Assembly (NCBI GenBank): GCA_009103225.1 | Contig: RHPI01001616.1 | Coordinates: 61,444-125,443 of the forward strand | Length of the DNA: 64,000 bases | Source: Chlorokybus atmophyticus | Taxonomy: Eukaryota > Plantae > Mesostigma and Chlorokybus algae | Reading direction: 5' to 3' | Shown: positions 52,055 through 64,000 of the stretch, piece by piece | Layout: the number at the start of each line of letters is the position of its first letter | How positions within the stretch are numbered: the first letter of the stretch is position 1 | Made by a program: the position numbers and the translations under genes | Notes under the pieces: generated by a model | The model's database searches: none | What the model was told of the DNA's origin: nothing | Seen by the model: only the letters and a program-made list of their open reading frames with translations

Positions 52055-55000
52055 TTCCCCCCAACTTAAGTTTTCAACGTTTTCGTTGAACTCAAGATGA
52101 TCAGGCTTGATTTTGAGTGATTGTAACCAGTGAGATAGCAGGAAATGACAGGGTGGTAACGAAACTGCAATGCCATTCTGTCATAAAATCAAGCCCACAC
52201 TTTATGGGACAGGACGTGAATCCCAATAAGCTCGAAGCAACTCGCGGCAGTGCGTAAGATGCCTGTCGGGCTCTCAACTGTTATGTTCTGGGCCATACCC
52301 TTTCTATTTCACCAAATAGCGAGTTGCGCGTCCTCGACTATTTGGCTTATGGTTTAATATAGCTTCCACCTCGTATTCGAGCTCGCTGTCTACCTCAACT
52401 GGCGGTGGTGGAGGCTGTGTTCTACCGTCTAAGCGGTAAGGTTTCAACAAGTTCACATGGAACACGTTGTGTATACGCACACTTGGGGGCAATTGCAGTT
52501 GATAAGCGTGCGTACCAACTTTATCAGAGATAGAGAAAGGACCTAACCATCGGGGCAGCAACTTGCGAGCACCCGTACCTTTGATGGTTATGATTTTTGC
52601 GTTAAGCAAAACTTCTTCGCCGACATCGAAAGTGGCCATTCTTCGATGTGTATCTGCATAAGCTTTTTGCCTGTCCTGTGCTCTTGACAGGCATAGCATG
52701 GCTCGAGCCAAATTTCTTGCATATCAGTGGCAAATTCCTTTGCCGCTGGTACAGTCAGGGCATTGCGAGGTACACGCAATGACACTGGTGTGTTCGGGCA
52801 AATCTCATAATTCAAGAATGAAAAATGGGGTTTCATCTACACTTTCCTGCCACGCGTTGTTCACAGCGAACTCTGCCATTGGAAAGTACCTGTCCTAATC
52901 AGCATGGTTAGAAGCCACATAGTGGCGAAGCATTTCTTCAAGTATTTGATTCGCTCGCTTAGTTTGTCCGTCCGTTTGCGGGTGGAAAGCAGAAGACATG
53001 CTTTGTTTTTACTTCCAACGATTCACAGACTTCTCTCTAAACTTGGAGACAAACCGAGGATCACGATCTGTGATAAGCTCACGCGATACACCGTAGACAC
53101 AAATAAATGTGCCAAGTCCCGTGCACTCACAGTTGTGCAACACGGGGCAAAATGCACTTTTTTGGTCAAACGGTCGACAAAAACCACATTAACATTGTAT
53201 TTGGCTGCTGTTTCAGGTAGGTCAGTAATTAAATCCATACTGACACTATCCCACTTTTGTTCTACATTTACCAATGGTTTAAGCAATCCCGTTTGTTTTT
53301 GTCGTAGTGGCTTATTATGTTGACACACGTCACATGTGCGAACATATTGATCCACATCAGCTGACATTGACGGCCACCAGCAGAAATGTTGCGCAGATTT
53401 GAGAGTTTTATGTTTCCCCTAATGCCCAGCATACGGCGGGTCATGCACTAAATGTAAGCATTGCTTACGCAAGTCGCCCGAGTTGGGAATTGCCAACTGC
53501 TCCCCTTTATACCACAGATTGCTAACAGCAGTAAGCTGTTGCAAGTTGGTTTGACTGCTAAACCAATCATCTGAGTTATACCCTGTGGACACTTTTTTCA
53601 GGAAAGGATCTTCAGGCTGTTGCACATTACGCGTACTTCGAGAGCGCGTAAGTGCCAAAAGAGCAGGGCTACGACTTGGTGGATCCGCCACATTGGTGCG
53701 ACCTGGACGGTATTGCCAAGTGAAAGTGAAACGAGAGTTGAATTCATTCCACCTAGCTTGCCGCCTCGACAGGTTCTGTTGCGTATGAAAGAATGTGAGC
53801 GGGTTGTGTGATCAGTAATCACTAAAAACTGCACACCTTCCAAGTAGCAACGCCATGTGCGAAGCGCGTGCACCACCCCAAGCAATGCCTGCTCAGTGGT
53901 TGTGTGATTATGTTCAGCAGGAATGAACTTTTTGCTTTCACATGCACATGGTCTGTCATCCTGTAGAAGGACTGCCCCACACCCAATGGTGGAAGCATCA
54001 CTGGTCACCACAAAAGGCTTGGTGTGGTCGGGGAAGGCTAACACAGGGGCTTGTGTTGATGCATCTTTAATGAGTGTAAAGCAACCTCGTGTGCCTCCGT
54101 CCACACAAATTTAACATCTTTTCTTAGTAAAGATGTTAAGGGATTTGCCATGCTAGAATATGCTCGTATGAACTTGCGGAAATAATTGGCTAGCTTCAAG
54201 AAAGCACGTAACTGATGTACATCCTTTGGTGGTGGCCAATCCTTCACCGCACACACCTTTTGAGAATCTGGTTTCAATCCTTCTTTGCCAATCACATGCC
54301 CTAAAAAGGGTAGTTCATCCTTTGCAAAGTTGCATTTGGACAGGTTGGCACAGAATTTGTGTTCACGTAACTTAGCTAGAACCAATTCCACATGCTTGTA
54401 GTGTTCCTCCCGGGTTTTGCTGAACACAATAATGTCGTCAAGATATACCAGTACAAACTTGTACAATTCATCAGCAAATATTGCGTTCATTGCTGCCTGG
54501 AATGTAGCTGGTGCATTTGTCATTGGGTTAACCCAAATGGTAACACTCTATACTCAAAGTGTCCTAGTGGGGTGAAAAATGCAATTTTTTGTATATCCGA
54601 CGGGTGGATTTTGATTTGATGATAACCACTGGTCAAATCCAGTGTGCTGAACACTGTTGCACCTGACAGCTTATTAAACAAATCATCAGTCTGAGGCAAA
54701 GGGTATCTGCTTTTCACAGTTACCTTGTTCAACGCACCGTAATCAATACACATGCGTAGCTTGCCATTCTTTTTGGGCACAAACAAAATTGGTGCACCAA
54801 AAGGAGATATGCTCTTTGTTATTAAACCTTTGTCCAATAACTCTTGGAGCTGTTTTTCCATTTCCGCGTGTTCAAAGGGACTTAGCCTATAAATAGGCCG
54901 CCAAGGTGGCTTTGCCCCCTCTTCCAACGGAATGGTATGATGTATGTTTCTATCAGGAGGCAACTCCGGGAGTTCATCCTGAAATACATCTGCGTATTGT

Positions 55001-55683
55001 TTCGTAAGTGATTGCACCACAGGGTCAGTTACGGCCTGTTCAATAGGTGTCTCTACCTGTCGTAAGTGCATTAAATATACTTCCTCACGTTTGCGCATGC
55101 AACGTTTCAGTTGCATAGCAGAGAGGAGCGGAACATTGTCGCGAGCAACACGTGCGAGTACAGGTGCGGTTAACGTCACCTTACGTTGACCCTTACGAAG
55201 GGTGCACGTATTTGCTCGAGAGTCCAATTGCAAACCTGTTTCGGTGTGCCACTGTTCACCCAAAACAACATCCACCCCGGGGACACCTATATCCACCACG
55301 ATGAAAGTTGGTCGAGTCTTGTGGCTGTTAATTAAAAAACGCCCCTTCACCTCCCCAAGTGCAGAAAGGGTGGAACCAGCAGCACGTACATACGACGTGA
55401 CTGGTGTGAAAGGTATGTTATTACGTTTCACCCAAGCATGTTCTACAAAGTTATGGTTTGCACCAGTATCAATCAATGCTGTACATGGTGTACCCATAAG
55501 TTGACTCTCAAATCTCCATTTGAGTGGCACTGAGTGACCATTGAATGTAGCTAATGTCGGAGGGCCGTGATTGGTAGCAGGCTTGACAAAGATCACTTGC
55601 AACGGTGAAGCTCCTGTATCTTTGCGTGAGAGTTGCATAATTACTTCTCCCCCTTTCAGCAATCGCGACCACAGAGAGACCAC
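51503..55683 (-). mobile_element. Ty3/Gypsy chromovirus-type LTR retrotransposon; decayed, lacking gag and the 5' LTR
   Basis: Protease ALIDTGA, RT ([18 protein letters not shown]), RNase H (VTSDAS), integrase (HDPPYAGH, CDVC, SMDLITDLP), chromodomain EYEVEAILNHK...YLVK. Multiple frameshifts and stops. PPT aagttggggggaa precedes the LTR. Confidence 0.95.
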
Positions 55684-55684
55684 A

Positions 55685-56380
55685 CAGAGAAGGCGCACCA
55701 AACCAAGCTGTTGAGCTGATGCATGCTGCTGCCTCACGCATCCAACCAATCACACATCGGGATGCTTAATACGTTGGTCATACTGGTTGTAAGAGCTGGT
55801 TGCTAGGCCAGGGACCAAAACCTACCCAGCGGCAGCAAAGAACGGATTGTGGCATACGCCACACTCTACAGTGGAGTCCTGCCCAGGAGGTGGCACTTGT
55901 ACCTGAGCCATGCACAGTAGACATTGTATACGCAAGGATGCTGGCAAATCACTAACATAAATACGATCTCAGCCACACACCTGTAGACGGACATGGCACG
56001 TAGGGCACAACACTTCTTGCATGCGGGGCGCAGCTGGGACTGGAGTAGGTGTATACTGCATGGGAGGGACTGAAGGCCACAGATGCGGAGGCCCATGATA
56101 TATGTGGGGACTGGAGTGAGACATTGGCGCAGAGTTTGTGCGCGTGTAATTGGCAGCTGCCGGCTGGCTGCTATGCCCTTCGAAGCCGCTGACACTCACA
56201 GAGTTGTCTGTCTTACTCCTCGAAGCAGCAGCATTTCGCTCATAATCATCCTATACGGGCCATGTTGCGGGCATAATTGACAGCAACACAACCCTACAGC
56301 AGGTGCTACGAATGCTCAACAAGCCCCTGCTGGCACAATGAGAAACGCTGAACATCAGTCCCACCTGTAGCTTCTTTACC
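55685..56380 (-). pseudogene. Inverted, nearly identical copy of the FREE1 3' exons and 3' flank
   Basis: Reverse complement of 48811-49500 with scattered substitutions; translates SVSGFEGHSSQPAAANYTR...MQEVLCPTCHVRLQ. Confidence 0.9.
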
Positions 56381-57900
56381 TGAATACATTTTTCTCATGT
56401 GTGATGAGTCATCACACATATACGACGACGTGCGTCATCACTGACATTGTCGTATTTAGCATGGCGGCGTAATCGGCCTGCCACAACCCAAGCGCACAAG
56501 GCACATGAGCGCATTGGCACAAGCTGCTGGAACAGAAAACATCAGCGACAGTGGTGGTGGCAGCGACGGTGGCGGTGGTGGTGACGGCGGAGGTGCTGGC
56601 GACAGAGGCAGGACTAGTGCAGTGTTCTAGTCGTTCAGGCTGATGCATTTGGTAAGCAACTGTGCAGTCTGCTCTGTAGCTACTGCCTGCTAGAGCGGTG
56701 CTGGTAGCAGGTTGTTGGCCAGGTGTGAGGCGCATTGATGCTGGCACAGTGTGGTTGTCGTTCTTGACGATAGGTGAAGAAGTATTGCTGCTATGGTGGG
56801 CGTTGCAGAAGAGCTTCAGGGCGGCGACTTGACGTTCATTGACGACAATGAGGCACAGCAGGTAGGCACTGAGCATAAGCAGGACCAGCGCAAACTGCTT
56901 GTTGCTGCCTGCGTCTATAGTAAAGTTTTGACTTCGTTTGTTTGTACTATGCCATTATTTCAGTCATGGTGTGCGCGCACCTATGCATTGTGATTTCTGC
57001 AACTTCGCATTACTTATAAGTTGCGTATCCACAAGGGCTGGTAATGGCGGGAAAGTGTGTTGAATGCGGAAAACCTCAAGCTCAAGAGGCGTGGAACTAG
57101 GAAGCTATTGCTTAGATGATTGGAATTTTTCACGGTCCAACAACCTATTGGAACTAGAGCACGCATGCATGCATGCGACAACCTTACCTGTATTGCATGC
57201 ATGCGGTTGGACTACCACAGATGCATGCATGTATGCATGGCTTCACATTGCATGCATGCAGTCCGACTAGAGCTTATGCATGCATGTACTGTTATGCATA
57301 CATGTGTGCATAGCTCCATGCACATTGTGTGGCTAGCCGTGAATACTTTCGTCCATGCAGGCACTTTGCACTAGAATATATAGCCTTCCTCGCCCAACAC
57401 GAACTGGGCCTGTAGCCCAGCATCAATCCACAAGAAGAGCGACAACAAACAACGCCACCAAGCAACCAAAGCGTTCTCCTACTCGCAGTGAGAACTTACT
57501 TGCATGGTGTGCACACACATAGACTCTACTCCATCTCATGCTGTGCACTTGTGTGCAAGCTACGCCCTTCATCATGTAACTCGTATGCACACATGTGATA
57601 CGCCAGCTGGCACGAGTTCTTTACTACCAGCTCCAGATCAAGCCGCTACAGCACCTCAAGACGTAGCTGTGGCGGGAGACTCTGCTACATGCACAGATCT
57701 GCCCACACAAACTGCTGCAGACACACAGCGCGATGATGCAGCCCGTTGCAAAGAGTTGTGCAACGAAATTGCAAAGCTGCAAACGCCGGAAAGCTGCATG
57801 CAGCTTCTCAATGTTGCTGCCGAACAGTAGCACCAACTTGCACATGCAGGTACGATGGTTGTGTGCAAGCGAGTGCTAGTCCTGCATGTCCCTCCCCCCC

Positions 57901-58074
57901 NNNNNNNNNNNNNNNNNNNNNNNNNNNNNNNNNNNNNNNNNNNNNNNNNNNNNNNNNNNNNNNNNNNNNNNNNNNNNNNNNNNNNNNNNNNNNNNNNNNN
58001 NNNNNNNNNNNNNNNNNNNNNNNNNNNNNNNNNNNNNNNNNNNNNNNNNNNNNNNNNNNNNNNNNNNNNNNNNN
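57901..58074. other. Assembly gap (N-run) preceded by a C-run
   Basis: Direct reading. Confidence 0.99.
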
Positions 58075-58149
58075 CGCCCGCGCTCTTCGTGTGGTGACGA
58101 CTACAAACCTCTGACATTGGTTGCTGCAGACTGCACGGCCAAATGAGGT

Positions 58150-61020
58150 AAGCCTTCTGAACAATGGGACGGTGAGATTGACAAAGCCTTAAACAAGCTA
58201 GGCTTCTCTGTCTGGCGTGCTGGCCAGAGAGAAGCCGTGCTGGCCGGGTTGCAAAAGGTCAACAGAATGATCAGATGGCCTACTGGCAGCGGTGCGTGCA
58301 TTGCATGCTTAGTGCTCTTCTCTTGATGATTGCCATGCACTCAGCTGTCAAGCTTCTCTCACATGTTCATGTCGGATGCTTGCGTCACAGGAAAGAGTGT
58401 GTGCTACCAGATTCCTGGCATGCTGCTGCCTGGATTGACTATTGTTGTCGTTCCCTTAAACGTCTTGAAGTGGGAGCAAGTGAGCATAGCAGTAATCAAT
58501 CCACATGCAGCCCTTTGCTCTGTTATGTATGCACTCAAGCCAAGATGGCTGCAGGCAGCTTCCTTGCGCAGGCGTTTGGGTGAGCAAAGCTGCCTTATTC
58601 TTGACAAGGTTGACGCACACAACCAACAAGAACAGGAACAGCGCTTGTTTGCGTTTGCACAGTTCGGACATTGCAACCAAGTTTGTTTTTATGACCCCTG
58701 AGAAAGTAAGAAACCGAGTATCTGTGCTGCTCCCCCCAGCCAGCTTCGAGCGAGTCTTAAGGGCATGGCTTGAATGTTGTTCAGATGGTTTGTTCACCAG
58801 CAGTCTCATGTCTGCTGCGCGATCTTTACGCACAAAACCAAATGGCAGGGGTAAGTTGCTATCATGAGTGATTGGCACACATGCAATCATTTCAAGGCCA
58901 ACACACACTAACCATTAATTGAGTACTCTGCATCTGTTCCATACTTCATCTCTGTGCGTTTAAATGGTGTTTGATAAATGTCACAATCTGCTGGATTTCG
59001 ACCAGCTGTTTCGCAAAGGCTACGCGATGAACACGCACTGCAGAATGCATTGCAAGCAATGATACTGCAGCAATCAAGTCGGTATGTTACCAGGACAATG
59101 TATGCAGCAAGCTGCGGAGTTTCTGTGAAAGAGCATTTGCCAGACGTTGCCAAGACGGTGATGACGGCTGTCATCTCAGACCAGGACATGGACAAAGTGT
59201 CTTGGGAGTTGAATGGATTTGTCAACCCCCAGCCATGGCATAGGTTTCTCCAACCCTTGCGTCGACCCAACATACGTATCGAGGTACTCATCACCTGTCG
59301 GTTGATGTGGTGGTCATGCGCATTGCTTGACGTTGTGTCCTCCACGCATGCACGCGCACACACAGGCAGCTGCATATTACTGTGTGTATACATGCACGCG
59401 CGTGCAACTGTATGATAGGGCGCGCGTGCACGAACCCACGCACGCACTCGCGTGCTCACACATACAGACGTGTTCGCGTGCGGGTGTGCATGCGTGCGGG
59501 TGTACAAAAGATGCAAGCTGCATCACGCGCATGCACAGCACACAGCATGCATAGCAAACACCCACATACTCACTCAGCACACCGCATTTATGTTTTCACT
59601 TCACACCACCGGGCTATCTACTCTCCTACGTACTTACTACTATTACCCCGTTAGACCACATGCAGTGCATGCATGGCAAATGACAATCACAGTTTTTACC
59701 TGCACGCATGTGCAGCTAGTTAGTCTTGCACGGTGTTGCAGTCAGCCAGCAGGACGAACAGCAGACGGACTGACTGACTCCCCCCGCCACTCTCCCTCTC
59801 CGTCGCTCTCCTGCCTCCCACAGCCACAGCCTCACTCCGGCTGCTGCCTGCCACTTGTGTTTCTCAAACCCTCGCGCAGGGACCCTCTGCCCTGCCCCTT
59901 CGGCAGCAGTGGTACTGGCGAGTCGCTGCGCAGTGTAGTTGGTAGTGTCAATGCTGCTGGTTAGGTGCTGCTGGTGGGGTTGGGTGGTGGGGTTAGATCC
60001 TTGTGCTCTTCGCACGTGCTCCCCGTGCAGTCGTTGCGGTTGTGCTGCACGGGCTGTACGTTGATGCCGCACCGCCACAAAGACCAGCTTGTACAGCAAT
60101 GGTGCTGGAGTGCAGTAAACGTAGTTGTTGTCACGCAACATCTTTTGTCTCAACGTGGCCAGCAACCTCTTGATGGGCTGTGCAGCCGACTACTGCCGTG
60201 CGTGTGTCTCTGTATCTGTGTGTGCGGTACATGCCCTTGTAACATCTCAACACACTGATGAGGCTGCTAACTTCACTGCCCATGGCACGCAGTGTTGGCG
60301 TAAGCAGTGCAAAAAAACTCAGTGAAGGACTGTCAAGCGCTTGTGGACTACATTCACAATGAGTATCCAAACCAAAGCGTCAATACCTACACGCTCACTG
60401 TCAAAAACTGCTATGTTGTTCAAAAAAACTTCAAGGTACGAGGAGTTTGTGTTCAACTTCTTCCTCCTCATTTTGCTTAAGCACGTGTGTGGAACACGTA
60501 TCCTAATAAGTCCTATGTTTAGAGCTGCGGGTTGGACTCCGTTGAGGTGTTTCATTCAAGTGACGGTTAGCGAGCGTTGAGCAAACCCTTTTTTTTTTTT
60601 TTTTTTTTTTTTTTNTTTTTTTTTTTTCGAAACAGGTGAGCATTGATGCCACTCACATGCTCGCTCTCTTGACAGTTACTTGAATTGAAGGCGTTGATAA
60701 GGCCGATGTCCGGCTAGTCGTCTTCTACTCCATACCTTTGGACCTGGTTCGCTGGACCGAGGTACGTGTCCATGATGTTTTCAATCAGGTGCGTGCAATC
60801 TGTGTGTCTGTGGCTGTGGCTGTGCGCATGCACATGCTCGTGGGTGTATGTGCATTTGTCATCGTCATCAACATCGTTACTGCTGTTGTTGTTGTTGTCG
60901 TGATAATGCTGCTGGGCAGGGCATTGGCAGAGCCGGCCGGGATGGTAAGCCTGCAACAGCCATCACTCTTTACAGCTTTGGTGACAAGAATGCAGCTGAG
61001 GGGTTGCTGTTGAGAAGGTA
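58150..61020 (+). pseudogene. RecQ-like SF2 helicase; degenerate, probably a pseudogene
   Basis: GFSVWRAGQREAV...WPTGSG | KSVCYQIPGMLLPGLTIVVVPLNVLKWEQ; KFVFMTPEK; VFDKCH...FRKGY (motif II E>K); VMTAV...LRRPNIRIE; DYIHNEYPNQSV..YTLT; GVDKADVRLVV; GIGRAGRDGKP. Apparent frameshift near 58640-60, TAA at 58961 and TGA at 60681. Confidence 0.8.
59500..60195 (-). mobile_element. Short 5'-truncated PLE copy inside a RecQ-like intron
   Basis: KRLLATLRQKMLRDNNYVYCTPAPLLYKLVFVAVR matches KRMLATLRQRMMRNNTYAYCNPPALLYKMVYLALQ of the 29.6-kb element. Purine-rich 3' UTR and the CAGGTA/CTAACGGGG/TAGCCCGGTGG module follow. Confidence 0.82.
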
Positions 61021-61790
61021 CTCTTCCTCTTCCTCCTCCTCCAGCGGCGGCGGCGGCGGCGAGCGCATTCTCCGGACGCGGGCGAACGCGAGCCCTTTGC
61101 GGGGCTGGTGGGGTCCGACAGCTTGCCCGCCAGGTCGTCCGTCAGCTGGAGGAGGCGCCTGACGGCAGTCAGCCCGCCTCCAACCCACTCGCTGCGGAGG
61201 AAACCCGCAACCAGGGCGACGGCGTCGCAGCCGACATACGCCACGCCGCATTTGACGTAGCGGCTGCAGCCGTAGGCGACGCGGCGTACGTCGTCTGCAG
61301 CACCATCGCCCTGGTTGCGGGCTTCCTCCGCAGCGACTGGGCCGGAGGCGGCCTGACTGCTGCCAGGTGCCTCATGCAAGTGGCGAAAGGGCTGACGGGG
61401 TCCTGACGCTGCCGGAACTGTCGGCGCTGGACTGGCTCGCGTCCGGAAGATGCGCACGACGCGCTGTCACTCTCAAACAAGCACACATGCACACACGCAC
61501 ACGCGCTCGCATGCGCTTACATGCCCCCGCCCCCCCTCTCTTTCTCTCCGTGTGTTCCAATATGCAACATGCTGACGAAGTCACCGACTATCTCTACTCC
61601 CTGAGCTGACTCACTGTTGCTGAAGGAGGAAGAACGAATCGGGCGTGACACACCCCAAGTGGGAAATGCTCGACGCGCGTCGGGGCCCACTCGCGCTGAC
61701 ACAGTCGTCGCAGCCTCGCAAGGGATGGACGGCTCCGTGCGTGGCGAAGAAGAAAGGGAGATCTGAGTAAGCAGTGGAGTTGACTTGCGG
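60963..61790 (-). CDS. Possible 3' exons of an unidentified minus-strand gene
   Basis: ...RLRRLCQREWAPTRVEHFPLGVCHARFVLPPSAT | (phase 0, GT-AG) RVVRIFRTRASP...DDVRRVAYGCSRYVKCGVAYVGCDAVALVAGFL.... GC-rich coding-like composition; no family recognised. Confidence 0.35.
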
Positions 61791-63938
61791 CATGCATCCA
61801 AATGCATGTGCATTGTGTAATCTGCATAAGGTTACAACCATGTGAATAATGTGCTTCATGCACGGACACACCAATAAAAGCACAACCACCAACCTTGCTG
61901 AGCTTTGCCAAAGACGTATTGGTATTGCCTCCCAGCCACAACCCAAGTTTTGGTCATGATTTGCGCAAGTCGATTTGCATTGTACTACAGAGGCCACACG
62001 CTGCGTTCACAGTGGATGCAGTCGCATTAGCAGTCGCTACGTAACCTGCAATGGGCGCAGCACCCTATCAATTCGTGCACACATGAGCGCATCAGCTGAT
62101 AATGTTGTGTGTAAAGCAGCGCGCGTAAAACAGTATGCATGTACAATACCTTTGGATCCGGATTCAAAAGGGGATTGCTTGAGTGACCCTAAGCTTCACT
62201 TGTGCTTGGGCTCGGCTGTAACCTGGGACTTGAGCCCGTCAATTGGCAATGGTTTTGTGTGTGCACGATAGGGTTGCGTACGTGAAAACCTGAAGGCAAA
62301 ACACAATTGCTGCTTGTAATGCAGTGTTCAGATGGGTTGCATGCAGCAGGGGAACATGGAACTAGACGTAAAAGAGGAGGAGGAGGAGGAGGAGGAAGCG
62401 CCGCTAAGCTGAAGCTTCCTGCTGGAAGTGTTTGTGACATATCATAGTTATTATTATCATTATTCATAACAGTCACAAAAATACATATGGGTGAAGTTAC
62501 AGAAGCTTATGATGATGCGTCATGACTACTTGTGCATGTACATTTTGCGAGAACACGCGCATATGGCTTGTTCCCCTAAACACGGTGTGGCAGTTAAACG
62601 CTCAGTGTCTCAAGACACTGAGCGTTTAACATTCCAAATATTGCTGTTCGAGCATAATAATGTCATACTGCCCACATGCATGCACAGAAATGAGCCTGTG
62701 CAGACACATATGCACTATCCAAGTTGACCCCGCACATCATGACGGCGATGATGCTGGTATGGTTTGCTGCCCCTGGACTCGCAGAATTTGCAAGTCGTTT
62801 GAGAGGTGAGCTGTTGCAAAATTTGTTTCGCATGCGCGCGCGTTTATATAATACAGTACAATCCTTGCATACTATACTATACAGAATGCAAGGATTGTGG
62901 CATGCATGAGAATATAGCAACATGCATGCAGTGTCACACGGTGTCTGGTTGTGCGCGTGCCATGGTCTGGCTCTCTATCTCAATGACTTGTCATAGATCA
63001 AACAGGGATACTCAGTCAGAATGGGGTGATCGGACAGTGGATTCAACATTGAAATTACTATTCATTGTCCCCCTCATCCCAGTCACAGCACCACGGACGG
63101 TTGCGATTGCAGAACAGCCAAGCGCAGGTGCGTACTTTATTATTTTTGACCAGTGCAATGACAAACCAATGCAAGCGGTGGAGACCCATACCACCATGAG
63201 ATGAGTGACTGCAGCGATCACTGCTTGCTCTGTACAATCCTGTCAACACAGCAAAGCGCATCAAGTGCACGCAGATGCCGTGAACCCACACGCCCACAAG
63301 CATACGCAACCCAACCCAAGGAGGACATCCTCCTCCTCCTTGTACGACAAATATTAGTTGGAGCGCAAGGGTCGCTATCAAGTGCAGCTGAGAGTAAGAA
63401 GGTGAGTGGGTGATTGTCGCAGCAGACGTGGAGGCGGCTTTGGACATCGGATGTAGACCAACAGCGAGGTGTGCTCTCTTGTAACCGATACTACAACTGT
63501 GCCTGTGCATGCCTGTGCACACATAGATGCACGCGTGCACATGCGTGCATGCATATGTGCGCGTGCATGTGTGTGTCTCTGTTTGTCTGCTCGTACCTGC
63601 CTGCCTGTGTGGGCGTGCGTGCACCTACACTTGCACCTACACGCGCAGAGTTCAATGCTCAAGTTGAGCAAGCTAACTCATACTCATAGTAAAACCTTGC
63701 TATAATGCCACACCAACCACGTGATACCCTACTTGCACCACACAGTAGTGCCATCTGCACTTGCATATTGTGCACCTTCGTGCGAAGCCTGCCTGCAGAA
63801 AGCACGGCAGTTGTATGGTCTATAGTGTCCGCGGCAAAATGCGCGCCCCGTTAGCGCTTTGCTTTTGGTCGCTGCAAAGGGCCAGATTGGAAACGCTGAT
63901 AGCTCCCTGCAGCAAAAGGGTTATGTCGGAAAGGCGCG

Positions 63939-64000
63939 CACGCGAGCGAGCGAGCGAGCGAGCGAGCGAGAGAGCGAGCGAGAGAGAGAGAGAGAGAGAG
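63939..64000. repeat. (GCGA)n/(GA)n compound microsatellite
   Basis: Direct reading. Confidence 0.9.

Larger units (their letters stand above)
48811..56380. repeat. Large inverted duplication: left arm ~48811-50305; right arm ~51001-51497 plus ~55685-56380, split by the Gypsy element
   Basis: 49670-50305 is the reverse complement of 51001-51497, and 48811-49500 is the reverse complement of 55685-56380. Order is collinear. Confidence 0.9.

Noticed and set aside
54520-55749. 409-aa ORF as a novel FREE1-UTR/pol fusion gene
   Set aside because: The N-terminal ~22 codons are chance read-through of the inverted FREE1 flank into a truncated pol; downstream frames are broken.
56412-57000. ORFs right of the inverted FREE1 copy (e.g. 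MVGVAEELQGGDLTFIDDNE)
   Set aside because: No motif, no consistent splicing; cannot be supported.
60681-60683. In-frame TGA in the RecQ-like gene as selenocysteine or readthrough
   Set aside because: It occurs with a frameshift, a TAA and a catalytic E>K change; no SECIS recognised; pseudogenisation is simpler.

Overview
Eukaryotic, intron-rich nuclear DNA from the green lineage. Land-plant-like APX3, FREE1 and DRP5A suggest an early-diverging streptophyte alga (inference; the species cannot be fixed from sequence). Gene models below were spliced by eye. Apparently intact host genes: a very large acidic protein (-, runs off the left edge), peroxisomal-type ascorbate peroxidase, a small conserved hypothetical, a DCN1-like protein, PsaE, DRP5A, a CCDC6/DUF2046-like coiled-coil protein, M1 aminopeptidase N and FREE1/FYVE1. 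Accessory content: (i) Penelope-like retroelement (PLE) pieces, with six copies of a 3' module ending in TAGCCCGGTGG (five also keep the upstream CAGGTA) and two insertions with 7-bp YACACYA target-site duplications; (ii) a decayed chromodomain Ty3/Gypsy element lacking gag and the 5' LTR; (iii) intron-containing pseudogene copies of FREE1 and psaE, partly forming a large inverted duplication whose arms each gained a different retroelement; (iv) a degenerate RecQ-like gene with a PLE in an intron. Two N-gaps are flanked by C-rich sequence. No rRNA, tRNA or CRISPR array was seen.
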